Assembly (NCBI GenBank): GCA_002426025.1
Contig: DINP01000102.1
Coordinates: forward strand, 58,189 to 112,430
Length of the DNA stretch: 54,242 nt
Direction of reading: 5' to 3'
Origin: Bacteroidales bacterium UBA5537
GTDB taxonomy: Bacteria > Bacteroidota > Bacteroidia > Bacteroidales > Lentimicrobiaceae
Under the pieces are notes generated by a model. It did no database searches. It was not told the DNA's origin and saw only the letters and a program-made list of their open reading frames with translations. Both the position numbers and the translations under genes were made by a program. Shown here one piece after another: positions 1 to 8,945 of this stretch (within the stretch, counting starts at the first letter, position 1; every line of letters starts with the position of its first letter).

Positions 1-227
1 GTGTATTTCCCTTTTGGTTTTATTGAGGCAAGCCTGATAGCTGCCCAGGCAAAAATCAAACTCAGTACGTCGCTTGCATTATGCCCTGCATCAGCTAATA
101 ATGCTGATGAGTTGGCTATTAAACCATAAAAAATCTCAACTGCAACAAAGATGATATTTAAACCTATTCCGATGGCAAATGCCTTGCCGTGACCTTTCTG
201 GGTAGTATGCTCGTGCGAATGTGCCAT
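1..227 (-). CDS. Cation diffusion facilitator (CDF, CzcD-like) transporter, 5' part only; runs off the window edge
   Basis: Not in the ORF track. Manual translation from ATG at 227: MAHSHEHTTQKGHGKAFAIGIGLNIIFVAVEIFYGLIANSSALLADAGHNASDVLSL..., with a His-rich N-terminus and the CDF TM2 motif LLADAGHNASD. Confidence 0.9.
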   Translation of the reverse strand, partial: MAHSHEHTTQKGHGKAFAIGIGLNIIFVAVEIFYGLIANSSALLADAGHNASDVLSLIFAWAAIRLASIKPKGKY

Positions 228-234
228 GCGCTGT

Positions 235-1050
235 TTATTTTCCGAGTTTTAAAATCCTGAAAGCACCCCTAACCACGATTAAAAAAACGATTGTACCAAT
301 GATTAAATCAGGATACTTTGATTGGGTCAACAAAACCAGTACACCGGCTGCGATAACACCAGTGTTGATAATAATATCGTTTGATGTGAATATCATCGTG
401 GCTTTCATGTGTGCTTCTTCGCTTTTAGATTTTTGCAACAGATAAAGGCAAACTGAATTGGCAATCAATGCCAGTATCGATACAATTATCATGGTTTTGA
501 AATCCGGAACGGCTTCAAAACTGATAAACCGGCGTATTACTTCCGAAAGTCCGAGCAGTGCTAATGCCAGTTGAAAATAGCCACTCAGTCTTGCCACTTT
601 TTTCTTGCGTAGGACGTTTGAACCGACTGCCCAAAGGCTAAGACCATAGACCAGCGCATCTGCCAGCATATCCAACGAATCGGCAACCAATCCTATAGAT
701 TTAGAAATAAACCCTGTGGTGATTTCAATAATAAATAAAGCAAAATTGATAATCAGTACAGTCCAAAGGAGTTTCGATTGTACCGATACATTATCTTTGA
801 TTTCATCTGGTTGGGCAACAACTGTTTCCCGGCGTTCAGCGCCTAAATTAAGGTCTTTTAATAGTTTCTCTATTTCCGGGTTTTCTTCTGTATGAAAGAC
901 AGTGAGTTTTCGGTTCTCAATATCGAACACCAAACTTTTAATCATGGCAAGCCCTTCTAGTTTCAACCTGATAAGGGTTTCCTCGGTAGGGCAATCCATT
1001 TTGGATACGCTATATTCGGTTTTGAACATCTCTATTAAAGCTAAAAACAA
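235..1050 (-). CDS. CDF-family cation transporter with N-terminal HMA-like domain
   Basis: N-terminal MDCPTEE (HMA variant), then the CDF core (LVADSLDMLAD; SNDIIIN); no long C-terminal domain. The start may be a few codons in (MFKTEY). Confidence 0.85.
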   Translation of the reverse strand: MFLALIEMFKTEYSVSKMDCPTEETLIRLKLEGLAMIKSLVFDIENRKLTVFHTEENPEIEKLLKDLNLGAERRETVVAQPDEIKDNVSVQSKLLWTVLIINFALFIIEITTGFISKSIGLVADSLDMLADALVYGLSLWAVGSNVLRKKKVARLSGYFQLALALLGLSEVIRRFISFEAVPDFKTMIIVSILALIANSVCLYLLQKSKSEEAHMKATMIFTSNDIIINTGVIAAGVLVLLTQSKYPDLIIGTIVFLIVVRGAFRILKLGK

Positions 1051-1102
1051 TTGAACTTAAAGATCCTCTTTAGTGGATCCCTTAGATTTTGTAATTATAA
1101 TT

Positions 1103-1134
1103 ATATGGAAAAGGCTTTATAGCCTTTTCCATAT
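1103..1134 (-). terminator. Perfect 14-bp inverted repeat, probable intrinsic terminator
   Basis: ATATGGAAAAGGCT-ttat-AGCCTTTTCCATAT, 15 nt downstream of the lipoprotein stop. Confidence 0.75.
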
Positions 1135-1148
1135 TTCTCCAAAACAGA

Positions 1149-1727
1149 TTATTTAATTGCACCGCTAAATGTTTCACTATAGGTTGAGTTACCTGATTTA
1201 ACCTTAAATGAATATTTGCAGGTGTGACTATTTTGGTTGAAACCACCATAATGTTGGTCTCCCTGTTTGTGCTGGGTATTCATGTGATTGTTCCATGCGT
1301 TCCACATATTGTTTTGGTCACCCCACCATTGCTCATGTTCGCCTTCCCAACCACTATGCCAACCTTCGGGTTCACTATTGCAAAAATTATGGTTGTCGAG
1401 ATTATGGCCGTACTCATTAAAAAAATCCTGCCCCGTGTAGCACATCATTATACTATCATAGTTTTCATACAACATCATATGCAAAGTCGTATCAAAATTA
1501 CTGGCAATACAATGCATACTAATCATCGAATCGTTTAATACTGCAATATCGAGGGTTGCAGGAACGCTTAGATTTGTTTGAGAGTTTTTTAATTCTCCGG
1601 AGTAGGTACCTTTTACCAAATTAGATAAACCTGTGGAAACTGGATTTGTGTCAGTTTTTTTACAAGAAACTGCTAAAACTGTTGCCACGATAAGTGACAC
1701 GAGAAAAACATTTTTGATTGCTTTCAT
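1149..1727 (-). CDS. Hypothetical lipoprotein with a His/Trp/Met/Asn-rich insert
   Basis: Signal peptide with lipobox-like LAVS-C; segment GHNLDNHNFC...GWHSGWEGEHEQWWGDQNNMWNAWNNHMNTQH; co-oriented within the metal efflux cluster. Confidence 0.75.
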   Translation of the reverse strand: MKAIKNVFLVSLIVATVLAVSCKKTDTNPVSTGLSNLVKGTYSGELKNSQTNLSVPATLDIAVLNDSMISMHCIASNFDTTLHMMLYENYDSIMMCYTGQDFFNEYGHNLDNHNFCNSEPEGWHSGWEGEHEQWWGDQNNMWNAWNNHMNTQHKQGDQHYGGFNQNSHTCKYSFKVKSGNSTYSETFSGAIK

Positions 1728-1891
1728 GATAAATTGTATTTAATTGATTAAAAATTACTACGAACACTCTTTATTTTTTTTCTTTTTGTTTACCAAAATT
1801 TACCACTTTAGGGTGGTATAAATTTTAAATTGCAGATATGTGATTTAGAACCGCCGATTAAGTATGTCATCACTTTTGTATTGAATATGAA

Positions 1892-2224
1892 TTATTTTTC
1901 GCCGTTTTCCAAACCCGTTTTTACACGGTACACTTTTTCAACATTGGATATGTAAATAAGACCATCGCCCGGATTTCCGGTACGTCCATGTTCCGATATG
2001 ATGGCAACAATTTTATCCACATTCTCTTTGTTGCATACTATTTCAATTTTGGCCACCTGGCTATCGGTTATTGAAAAAAGCGTTGATACAGAAGTATCAG
2101 AGTTTTCAAGGTTTCCGGTTCCTTCTGCCATTGATACCGTAAGGTTTGGGCAACCAGCTTCTAGTAAGTGATGAAATATGTCATTTACTTTAAATGGCTT
2201 TACAAATGCTTTTATTGCTTTCAT
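1892..2224 (-). CDS. PII-family (GlnB-like fold) protein associated with metal efflux
   Basis: MKAIKAFVKPFKV N-terminus, KIEIV, and B-loop GRTGNPGDGLIYIS; T-loop lacks the canonical RGxEY tyrosine. Confidence 0.9.
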   Translation of the reverse strand: MKAIKAFVKPFKVNDIFHHLLEAGCPNLTVSMAEGTGNLENSDTSVSTLFSITDSQVAKIEIVCNKENVDKIVAIISEHGRTGNPGDGLIYISNVEKVYRVKTGLENGEK

Positions 2225-2286
2225 GTTACTTTGTTTTTTTGTTATTCATACTAGCTCTGAATTGATTGGAATTAATTTTATTCAGC

Positions 2287-3489
2287 TTATTCTTCACCTG
2301 TTTCACTTTTTTTCATTTCCGATAGCAGGTAATAAGCATTGTTCATGGCTACCAACGTACCTTTTTTCAATGGTGACAGCAGTTTTGTTTCAACAATACC
2401 GTTTTCCTTTTGTCCAGTGATAACTTCTAAGGGGCTAAACTTCCAACTATCCTTGTCCTGTTCTGAAATAAAAATAACTTGTTTCCCGTTCTCGCTAACA
2501 ATGGCCCCTTCAGGAAGCGCATAGGAATAATTTTCACCCGTAGAAATTCTTCCGGTGATATACATGCCCGATATCAACAAGCCTTTTTTGTTTTCAATTT
2601 CGGCATGTACATGCACTGCCTTGGGATTTTGTTCAAAAGATTTGCCTACGGCAAAAATTTTAGCTGACAAGGTTTCACCGGGAACCGATTCAATTGAGAA
2701 AGTTACGTTTTGACCTTCTTTCACCTTGTGAACGTCTTTTTCGAAAACCATTAAATCGGCATGGATATGGTCGTTGTTAATTATTTCAAACATTTGCATC
2801 TGGGGGTCGACATATTGCCCGGTCTTTACGTTCACTTTTTCGATGAAGCCATTGATTGGACTAATTACCGGAACTTGTTCAACAATATTTCCCTGTTTAA
2901 TTTTCTCCGGGTCGAGTTTAAGTAATTTCAACTGGGCTTCGAGGTTTTTCACTTCACCGGTAAGTGAGAGGAAATCAGATTGTATTTTTTGAAAATCCTT
3001 GCCTGAACCAACCTGTTCCTCGTACAGCCTTTTTTGCCTTTGGTATTCTTTGTCTGCATATTGCAACTGGTTCCACGCATTTAAATACCTGGTTTGTAAA
3101 TTCAGTAAATCGGGATGACTCAGATAGGCCAGTACCTGCCCTTTGTTAACCTTTTTGCCTTCGTAAACTTCAATTGAAGTAATATTTGCACCAATGATTG
3201 CTGTTACCGAAGCCTCATTCTGGGGCAATACCTCAAGCTGCCCATTGGCCACAACCACACTTGAAAAATTACGTTTCGCTAAGGTATCCACTTTCATTTT
3301 TAATGCGTTAAATTGTTGTGCTGTTAACACAACAGTTGTTAAACCGCCTTCGGCATTTTCTTCCTGACTTCCGCTCTCCTCAGCGGTTTCAGGTTTTTGG
3401 TTGCAGGCCGAAAGGGCAAGGATGAGCATTCCTGCCATGATTACTGTTTTCATAGTAATGCGTGTTCTTTTTATGATTTCTATTTTCAT
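2287..3489 (-). CDS. czcB: RND efflux periplasmic adaptor subunit (CzcB/CusB family)
   Basis: Lipoprotein signal (ALSA-C), helical hairpin, SPINGFIEKVNVKTGQYV lipoyl-like motif; directly downstream of czcA. Confidence 0.9.
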   Translation of the reverse strand: MKIEIIKRTRITMKTVIMAGMLILALSACNQKPETAEESGSQEENAEGGLTTVVLTAQQFNALKMKVDTLAKRNFSSVVVANGQLEVLPQNEASVTAIIGANITSIEVYEGKKVNKGQVLAYLSHPDLLNLQTRYLNAWNQLQYADKEYQRQKRLYEEQVGSGKDFQKIQSDFLSLTGEVKNLEAQLKLLKLDPEKIKQGNIVEQVPVISPINGFIEKVNVKTGQYVDPQMQMFEIINNDHIHADLMVFEKDVHKVKEGQNVTFSIESVPGETLSAKIFAVGKSFEQNPKAVHVHAEIENKKGLLISGMYITGRISTGENYSYALPEGAIVSENGKQVIFISEQDKDSWKFSPLEVITGQKENGIVETKLLSPLKKGTLVAMNNAYYLLSEMKKSETGEE

Positions 3490-3495
3490 TTTTTT

Positions 3496-6400
3496 TTATT
3501 TTGAAGTGTTTAAAAAATATTCAATTTTGAACTGTGAATCGAGATAGCTGGCATTTGCATCCAAATAATCAAATTCAATTTGCATAGCATCCTTCATATT
3601 CTGGAGGAAAGTGACATAATCAATTGCACCCTCCCGATAGGCTGTGATTGCCCCCTGCTTTTGTTCTTTGGCAACGGGCAGTGCCACATTGCGGTAGTAT
3701 TCCGTTGTGGTCAGCCATTTTTGATATTCTTCAAACAGGCTTTTATATGCAGCATTGATTTCCAATTCCTTTTGATGGAAATTTTCCCTGGCAATACTGC
3801 TTTCTATTTTTGCCGATTGTGTTTTGCCAGATTGTGAAACAAAAACAAGCGGGATGCTTAATCCGAACTGGTATTTATAAAACCCGGTTTGACTGCCTAT
3901 TTTCTGGCTCCCATATTCGGCGCTAAATTTGGGCAGGTATTCGGCCTTTGCCAGCTTAATCCTTGCATCGGCCAATTGCACCCTTTGTTCATAAAGTTGC
4001 AATTGAGGGTGTTGATAAATCGAATCCAAAGGTAAATATCCCGGAACGCCTGCATCTTTAATAGAATTATCGTCGACCGTAAAGACGGTATCACTAACAA
4101 GCCAAAGATTTAATTTTTGCAGGGCAATTTGGTAGTCCATTCTTGATTTTTCCTTTTGGACGGTGATTTGTCTGGCCTGGTTTGATGCTGACAAGTATTC
4201 AAGCTTTGACGTGGCCTGGGTCTCGTAGCGCAGCTTTGCAGCCCGTTCAAAATTCCTGAAAACAGAATCGAGCTGTAAATAAAGCCTGTACCGGTTTTTA
4301 GCACTGTACACTTCTCCCCAGGCAATACTGACTTCGCGCACAAGCTCCAGTTCTGCCAGGTTAAGGGCAGTTTGGGAAATAGCTACCTGCTTGTCCTGCA
4401 TCTTTGATTTAGCCCCGATACTTAAAACATCAAATTCCTGCCTTGCCAAAATGGTATTATAGATGCCATTTTCAGTATGGTTACCAAGTTCTTCAGCACC
4501 GGTTGAAAATTCGGTATTCCCTATATCCCAAGCAGTTTTTTTCAAGGCTTCCTGGTTCTTGATTTCAAGTTGGGCTGCTTTTATCAACGGGTAATTAGTT
4601 TTTGTCCGGTTTACCGCCTCATTAATTGTAATCTGAGGCAGGGAATCCGTTTCCTGTGCCTGTGTTTTTGCAGGAATGAGCGATATGCCAAGGCTCAAAA
4701 ACAACAGGATAATTAGCGGAGCATTAGGCGCAGAAAAGCGTCTTAGTTTCCTTCTTTGTGTGAATGCTTCAACCAAAGCATACAAAACAGGAATTACAAC
4801 CAACGTAAGGAGAGTAGCACTAAATAAACCACCGATTACCACAGTTGCAAGAGGACGTTGTACTTCTGCACCTGCTGAACCTGAAATTGCCATAGGCAGA
4901 AACCCTAACATTGCAGCGGTAGCCGTAAGTAATATTGGTCGTAACCTTTCTTGTGTCCCAATGGAAATCCGTTCTATGATATCGGTGACGCCCTCAATTT
5001 TAAGCGAATTAAACCGACTGATGAGGACTAAGCCATTTAAAACAGCAACACCGAAAAGCACAATAAAACCTACGCCCGCAGATATGCTAAAGGGCATTCC
5101 TCTAATCCACAGGGAAAATATGCCTCCAATGGCAGCCAAAGGCACAGCCATGTATATCATCACTGTTTGGGGCAACGAATGTAAGGCAAAGTACAAAAGG
5201 ATAAAAATAAGGGCCAACGCAATAGGCAATACGATTGACAGTCTGTCTTTAGCACGTTGCAGGTTTTCAAATTCACCGCCGTAAGTGATATAATAACCGG
5301 CAGGTAATTCGAGTTGTTTATCCAGTTTTTGTTGGATTTCATTTACTACCGATTCAACATCCCTTCCTCTGACATTTACTCCAACATAAATCCTCCGAAA
5401 AGAGCCTTCCCTTGAAATTTGCATTGCCCCGGGCTGGAAATTTATCTCGGCTACTTCCTTAATAGGGACTTGTTTCCCGTTAGGCAGGTCAACATATAAA
5501 TTTCTTAAATCTTCAATGCTTTTCCGGTGTTCTTTATCAAGCCGGATAACCATGTCGAAACGCCTTTCGCCTTCAAAGATTACGCCTGCGCTACTTCCGG
5601 CAAAAGCCGCGCTGACATACCTGTTGAGTTTGGCAATATCCAAACCGTACTGGGCTATTTTTCTCCGGTCATATTGTACGGTCATTTGCGGTAGCCCGGC
5701 GGTCCTTTCAAGGGTTACATCTTCCGCACCAGGTACTGTTTTTATTATCTCCTCTATTTTCTCCCCCTTTTCAGAGAGCACATCCAAATCTTCGCCAAAT
5801 AACTTAACCGCGACATCTTCCCTTACTCCTGTTAAAAGTTCATTAAAGCGTAACTCAACAGGTTGGCTAAATGTAAAATTAAGGCCAGGCAGATGAGCCA
5901 GTTTTTCCCTGATTTTTTCTATTAGTTCCTCTTTTGTTGATGCAGAAACCCATTTGCTTTTATCCTTTTCAAGAATAATAAAGCTATCGGTAAAGTCAAA
6001 GCCCATTGGGTCGGTTGGGATATCGGCAACACCAATTCGGGCACAAACTGTTTTTACTTCCGGAAAGTTTGCCATAATAATATTCTCAATTTCCTTTTCC
6101 CTATCAATTGTTTCCGACAAAGAACTTCCCGGACGAAGAAAAGCTTGCATGGCTATGTCCCCTTCATCGAGGCTTGGGATAAATTCGCCCCCCATACGGG
6201 TAAAAACAAAAACTGCGCTTACTAATATCGATATAGCAATAACGAGGGTGACAGCTTTACGTTTTAAGGCCAAAAGAAGAATAGGATTATATGCAGCATG
6301 AATCCCGTTTAATAGCTTACTGCTGAATCTTTCTAGTAAATTCTCGAAACGGGCGAACCAGTTGTTTTGATTTTTCGTTGGTTTCATTATGATAGACGAA

Positions 6401-7899
6401 ATCATAGGAACATAGGTAAGGCAGAGCAGTATTGCTCCAAGTACGGCAAACCCGAATGTGAAAGCCATTGGTTGGAACATTTTGCCTTCAACCCCGGTAA
6501 GAAAAAGTATCGGTGCAAAAACGATAAGGATAATTAGTTGCCCGAAAAATGCGGAGTTCATCATAGTACTTGAGGCATGGTATGTAAGTTCATCCATTTG
6601 CGCCTGACCAAATTTTCCTTTTCCTTCCTTCACCCTTTTCTCAATTTCATGTACCGTGCCTTCGACTATAATTACCGCACCATCTACAATGATACCAAAG
6701 TCAATCGCCCCAAGGCTCATCAGGTTTGCCCATACACCAAAAACTTTCATTAAGATAAAAGCGAACAACAGGGACAGAGGAATAACCGAAGCTGTAACCA
6801 GTCCCCCACGAAGACTTCCTAACAAAATGACAAGTACGAAAATGACAATAAGGGCACCTTCCATCAGGTTTCTGCTGACTGTACTTGTTGTCCGCTGTAT
6901 TAATTCGGAACGGTCGAGAAAAGGAGCAATTTCCAGACCTTTGGGTAATGTCTTTTGTACTTCGGCAATACGAGCTTTTACGCTTTGTATCACTTCGTTG
7001 GAGTTTTCGCCTTTCAGCATCAAAATCATACCCCCAACGGCTTCGTGTCCTTCCTGCGTGAAGGCGCCATATCGAACCTGACTGCCAAAATGAACCTGTT
7101 CAGCCACATCGCCAATTAATATCGGTATCCCATTTTCGTTTTTTACCACGATATTTTTTATATCGTCCAATGACCTGGCCAAGCCTTCGCCCCGTATAAA
7201 ATTTGCCATGTGGTCTTTTTCGATATAAGCTCCACCGGTATTGACATTGTTGTTTTCCAATGCTTCAAAAACCTCTGTAATTGAAACACCCATGGCGTTT
7301 AATTTATCGGGGTTCAGGGCAATTTCATATTGTTTAATATTCCCTCCAAATGAATTTACTTCAACGACACCGGGGATTAAAGCCATTTGACGTTTTACAA
7401 TCCAATCCTGAATGGTACGTAATTCGGTTGGGGTATATGTAGTGTCATAAACGGCTTTAGGTTTTATGGTGTATTGAAAAATCTCCCCTAAACCTGTTGT
7501 AATAGGACCCATAAACGGTTCGCCAAACTGAGTAGGTATTTGGTCTTTTACAGCGTTAAGTTTTTCCTGTACGACCTGCCTGGGCAAATAGGTGCCCATG
7601 TTGTCTTTGAACACAATGGTTACTACCGACAAGCCAAACCGCGACACTGAACGTAATTCAATAACCCCCGGCAAATTTGCCATGGCCAGCTCCACGGGAT
7701 AGGTGACAAATTGTTCGATGTCAACCGTAGATAAATTCTGTGAAACTGTAATTACCTGCACCTGATTGTTGGTAATATCCGGGGTCGAATCAAGGTTGAC
7801 TGTTTTTAAAGAATAAATACCTGCTCCAATTAGGGCAAAAAGCATCAGGCTGATTATGAATTTATTCTTTATTGAATAAGATATTATTTTGTTTATCAT
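3496..7899 (-). CDS. czcA: CzcA/CusA heavy-metal RND permease fused to a C-terminal TolC-like outer-membrane factor
   Basis: DSTPDITNNQVQV, SLGAIDFGIIVDGAVIIVE, ERLRPILLTA, QRPLATVVIGG; ~1050-aa RND part followed by ~400-aa OEP-like region (YLPKFSAEYG). Confidence 0.95.
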   Translation of the reverse strand: MINKIISYSIKNKFIISLMLFALIGAGIYSLKTVNLDSTPDITNNQVQVITVSQNLSTVDIEQFVTYPVELAMANLPGVIELRSVSRFGLSVVTIVFKDNMGTYLPRQVVQEKLNAVKDQIPTQFGEPFMGPITTGLGEIFQYTIKPKAVYDTTYTPTELRTIQDWIVKRQMALIPGVVEVNSFGGNIKQYEIALNPDKLNAMGVSITEVFEALENNNVNTGGAYIEKDHMANFIRGEGLARSLDDIKNIVVKNENGIPILIGDVAEQVHFGSQVRYGAFTQEGHEAVGGMILMLKGENSNEVIQSVKARIAEVQKTLPKGLEIAPFLDRSELIQRTTSTVSRNLMEGALIVIFVLVILLGSLRGGLVTASVIPLSLLFAFILMKVFGVWANLMSLGAIDFGIIVDGAVIIVEGTVHEIEKRVKEGKGKFGQAQMDELTYHASSTMMNSAFFGQLIILIVFAPILFLTGVEGKMFQPMAFTFGFAVLGAILLCLTYVPMISSIIMKPTKNQNNWFARFENLLERFSSKLLNGIHAAYNPILLLALKRKAVTLVIAISILVSAVFVFTRMGGEFIPSLDEGDIAMQAFLRPGSSLSETIDREKEIENIIMANFPEVKTVCARIGVADIPTDPMGFDFTDSFIILEKDKSKWVSASTKEELIEKIREKLAHLPGLNFTFSQPVELRFNELLTGVREDVAVKLFGEDLDVLSEKGEKIEEIIKTVPGAEDVTLERTAGLPQMTVQYDRRKIAQYGLDIAKLNRYVSAAFAGSSAGVIFEGERRFDMVIRLDKEHRKSIEDLRNLYVDLPNGKQVPIKEVAEINFQPGAMQISREGSFRRIYVGVNVRGRDVESVVNEIQQKLDKQLELPAGYYITYGGEFENLQRAKDRLSIVLPIALALIFILLYFALHSLPQTVMIYMAVPLAAIGGIFSLWIRGMPFSISAGVGFIVLFGVAVLNGLVLISRFNSLKIEGVTDIIERISIGTQERLRPILLTATAAMLGFLPMAISGSAGAEVQRPLATVVIGGLFSATLLTLVVIPVLYALVEAFTQRRKLRRFSAPNAPLIILLFLSLGISLIPAKTQAQETDSLPQITINEAVNRTKTNYPLIKAAQLEIKNQEALKKTAWDIGNTEFSTGAEELGNHTENGIYNTILARQEFDVLSIGAKSKMQDKQVAISQTALNLAELELVREVSIAWGEVYSAKNRYRLYLQLDSVFRNFERAAKLRYETQATSKLEYLSASNQARQITVQKEKSRMDYQIALQKLNLWLVSDTVFTVDDNSIKDAGVPGYLPLDSIYQHPQLQLYEQRVQLADARIKLAKAEYLPKFSAEYGSQKIGSQTGFYKYQFGLSIPLVFVSQSGKTQSAKIESSIARENFHQKELEINAAYKSLFEEYQKWLTTTEYYRNVALPVAKEQKQGAITAYREGAIDYVTFLQNMKDAMQIEFDYLDANASYLDSQFKIEYFLNTSK

Positions 7900-7911
7900 T
7901 TCATCTTTATT

Positions 7912-8406
7912 TTATTTGTTAGAAACTTGCTTTTGTTTTTCTGCTTTTGTTTCATAGTAATTTTTAAAATTTCGTTCGTTTTTAAAATATACCAACTCCG
8001 GCTTTCCTCTTTCCTTAAGTCCAATAATTGCAACCGATTTATTAATTGAATCACCTGAATATGCATCAGGAGTTATTGCAACCTCTCTGAAATGCTTTAC
8101 GAGATGGTTGAAACATTCCTGACTACAGAAATAATAAATTTTGTCCTCGAAAACCGCTTTGGTGCTTTCATGAATCTGCAGGATATCCCCATCCATACAT
8201 ATCCAATTCTTAGGTACTACTTTGCCATACCAATCCATTTTACGCCAGGTTAACCTAGTGTCACACCGATAGGTATAAAAAATAAGAATTGATAATAAAC
8301 ATAGAAAAAGGATGCTGAAACTTATCAGCATAGTTCTGTTAAATTTTTTGTCGTCAAGCTTTTGCTTATCAATAAGCTGTTGCTTGCTTAATCTCTTCTT
8401 TTTCAT
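7912..8406 (-). CDS. Membrane-anchored TRASH/YHS-type metal-binding protein
   Basis: One TM helix, then C-x(21)-YYFCSQEC, a TRASH/YHS-like Cys motif. Confidence 0.7.
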   Translation of the reverse strand: MKKKRLSKQQLIDKQKLDDKKFNRTMLISFSILFLCLLSILIFYTYRCDTRLTWRKMDWYGKVVPKNWICMDGDILQIHESTKAVFEDKIYYFCSQECFNHLVKHFREVAITPDAYSGDSINKSVAIIGLKERGKPELVYFKNERNFKNYYETKAEKQKQVSNK

Positions 8407-8476
8407 ACTTAAAAGATTAAGTGATACTATTTCCGATAAAATACTCTATCGGATTAATAAGAAAATCAAAAAGAAA

Positions 8477-8875
8477 TTAAACAGTGGCGGGAGGTGCCCT
8501 TGATGAATGGTTGGTAAGGAATATTAGCTTATGCGGAGAGAATATGAAACAATGGGTAAAGTTTACCTCATTGAGTTTTGACACAAAATCAAAATCTGTG
8601 CTGATGCCAAAAAGGTCGAGATTGAAATTTGATAAAGGAGCTGAATGAATACCTAAATCGCTTCCCTTTTCCGAAATAATAAGATTAAATGCATGACAAT
8701 GCGAATCCGGTTTTTCATTGGGACTATCGGTATTGGAAGTTTTACATTCTATGTTCTCTGGATGATCTTCGACAGTATCGAAATGATGATGATGGGGAAT
8801 AACAGCATGGGAAAGAATCATTATCCCCGCAATGAGGATAAGAAATTTGCTTGTATGTTTCTCCATTAATATCAT
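8477..8875 (-). CDS. Small His-rich exported/membrane protein (DUF6769-like), typical upstream of Bacteroidota czc operons
   Basis: Hydrophobic N-terminus followed by HAVIPHHHH, DSHCH, and C-terminal RAPP. Confidence 0.7.
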   Translation of the reverse strand: MILMEKHTSKFLILIAGIMILSHAVIPHHHHFDTVEDHPENIECKTSNTDSPNEKPDSHCHAFNLIISEKGSDLGIHSAPLSNFNLDLFGISTDFDFVSKLNEVNFTHCFIFSPHKLIFLTNHSSRAPPATV

Positions 8876-8907
8876 GTTATCAAGACTTTATTCTAGCAAT
8901 ACAACGT

Positions 8908-8915
8908 CAAAAATA
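8908..8915 (-). promoter_or_regulatory. Bacteroidota -7 promoter element for the czc operon
   Basis: Minus strand TATTTTTG matches TAnnTTTG, ~33 nt upstream of the 8875 start. Confidence 0.55.
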
Positions 8916-8927
8916 CTAAATTGTTGA

Positions 8928-8942
8928 TGCAACCGGGTTGCA
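8928..8942. promoter_or_regulatory. Candidate operator palindrome TGCAAC-N3-GTTGCA
   Basis: Perfect 6-3-6 inverted repeat between the Fur-like stop and the czc promoter, overlapping the expected -33 region. Confidence 0.65.
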
Positions 8943-8945
8943 AAG

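Noticed and set aside
1713-2224. Identical MKAIK N-termini of the PII-like protein and the lipoprotein
   Set aside because: Similarity ends after about five codons; common A-rich Bacteroidota start context
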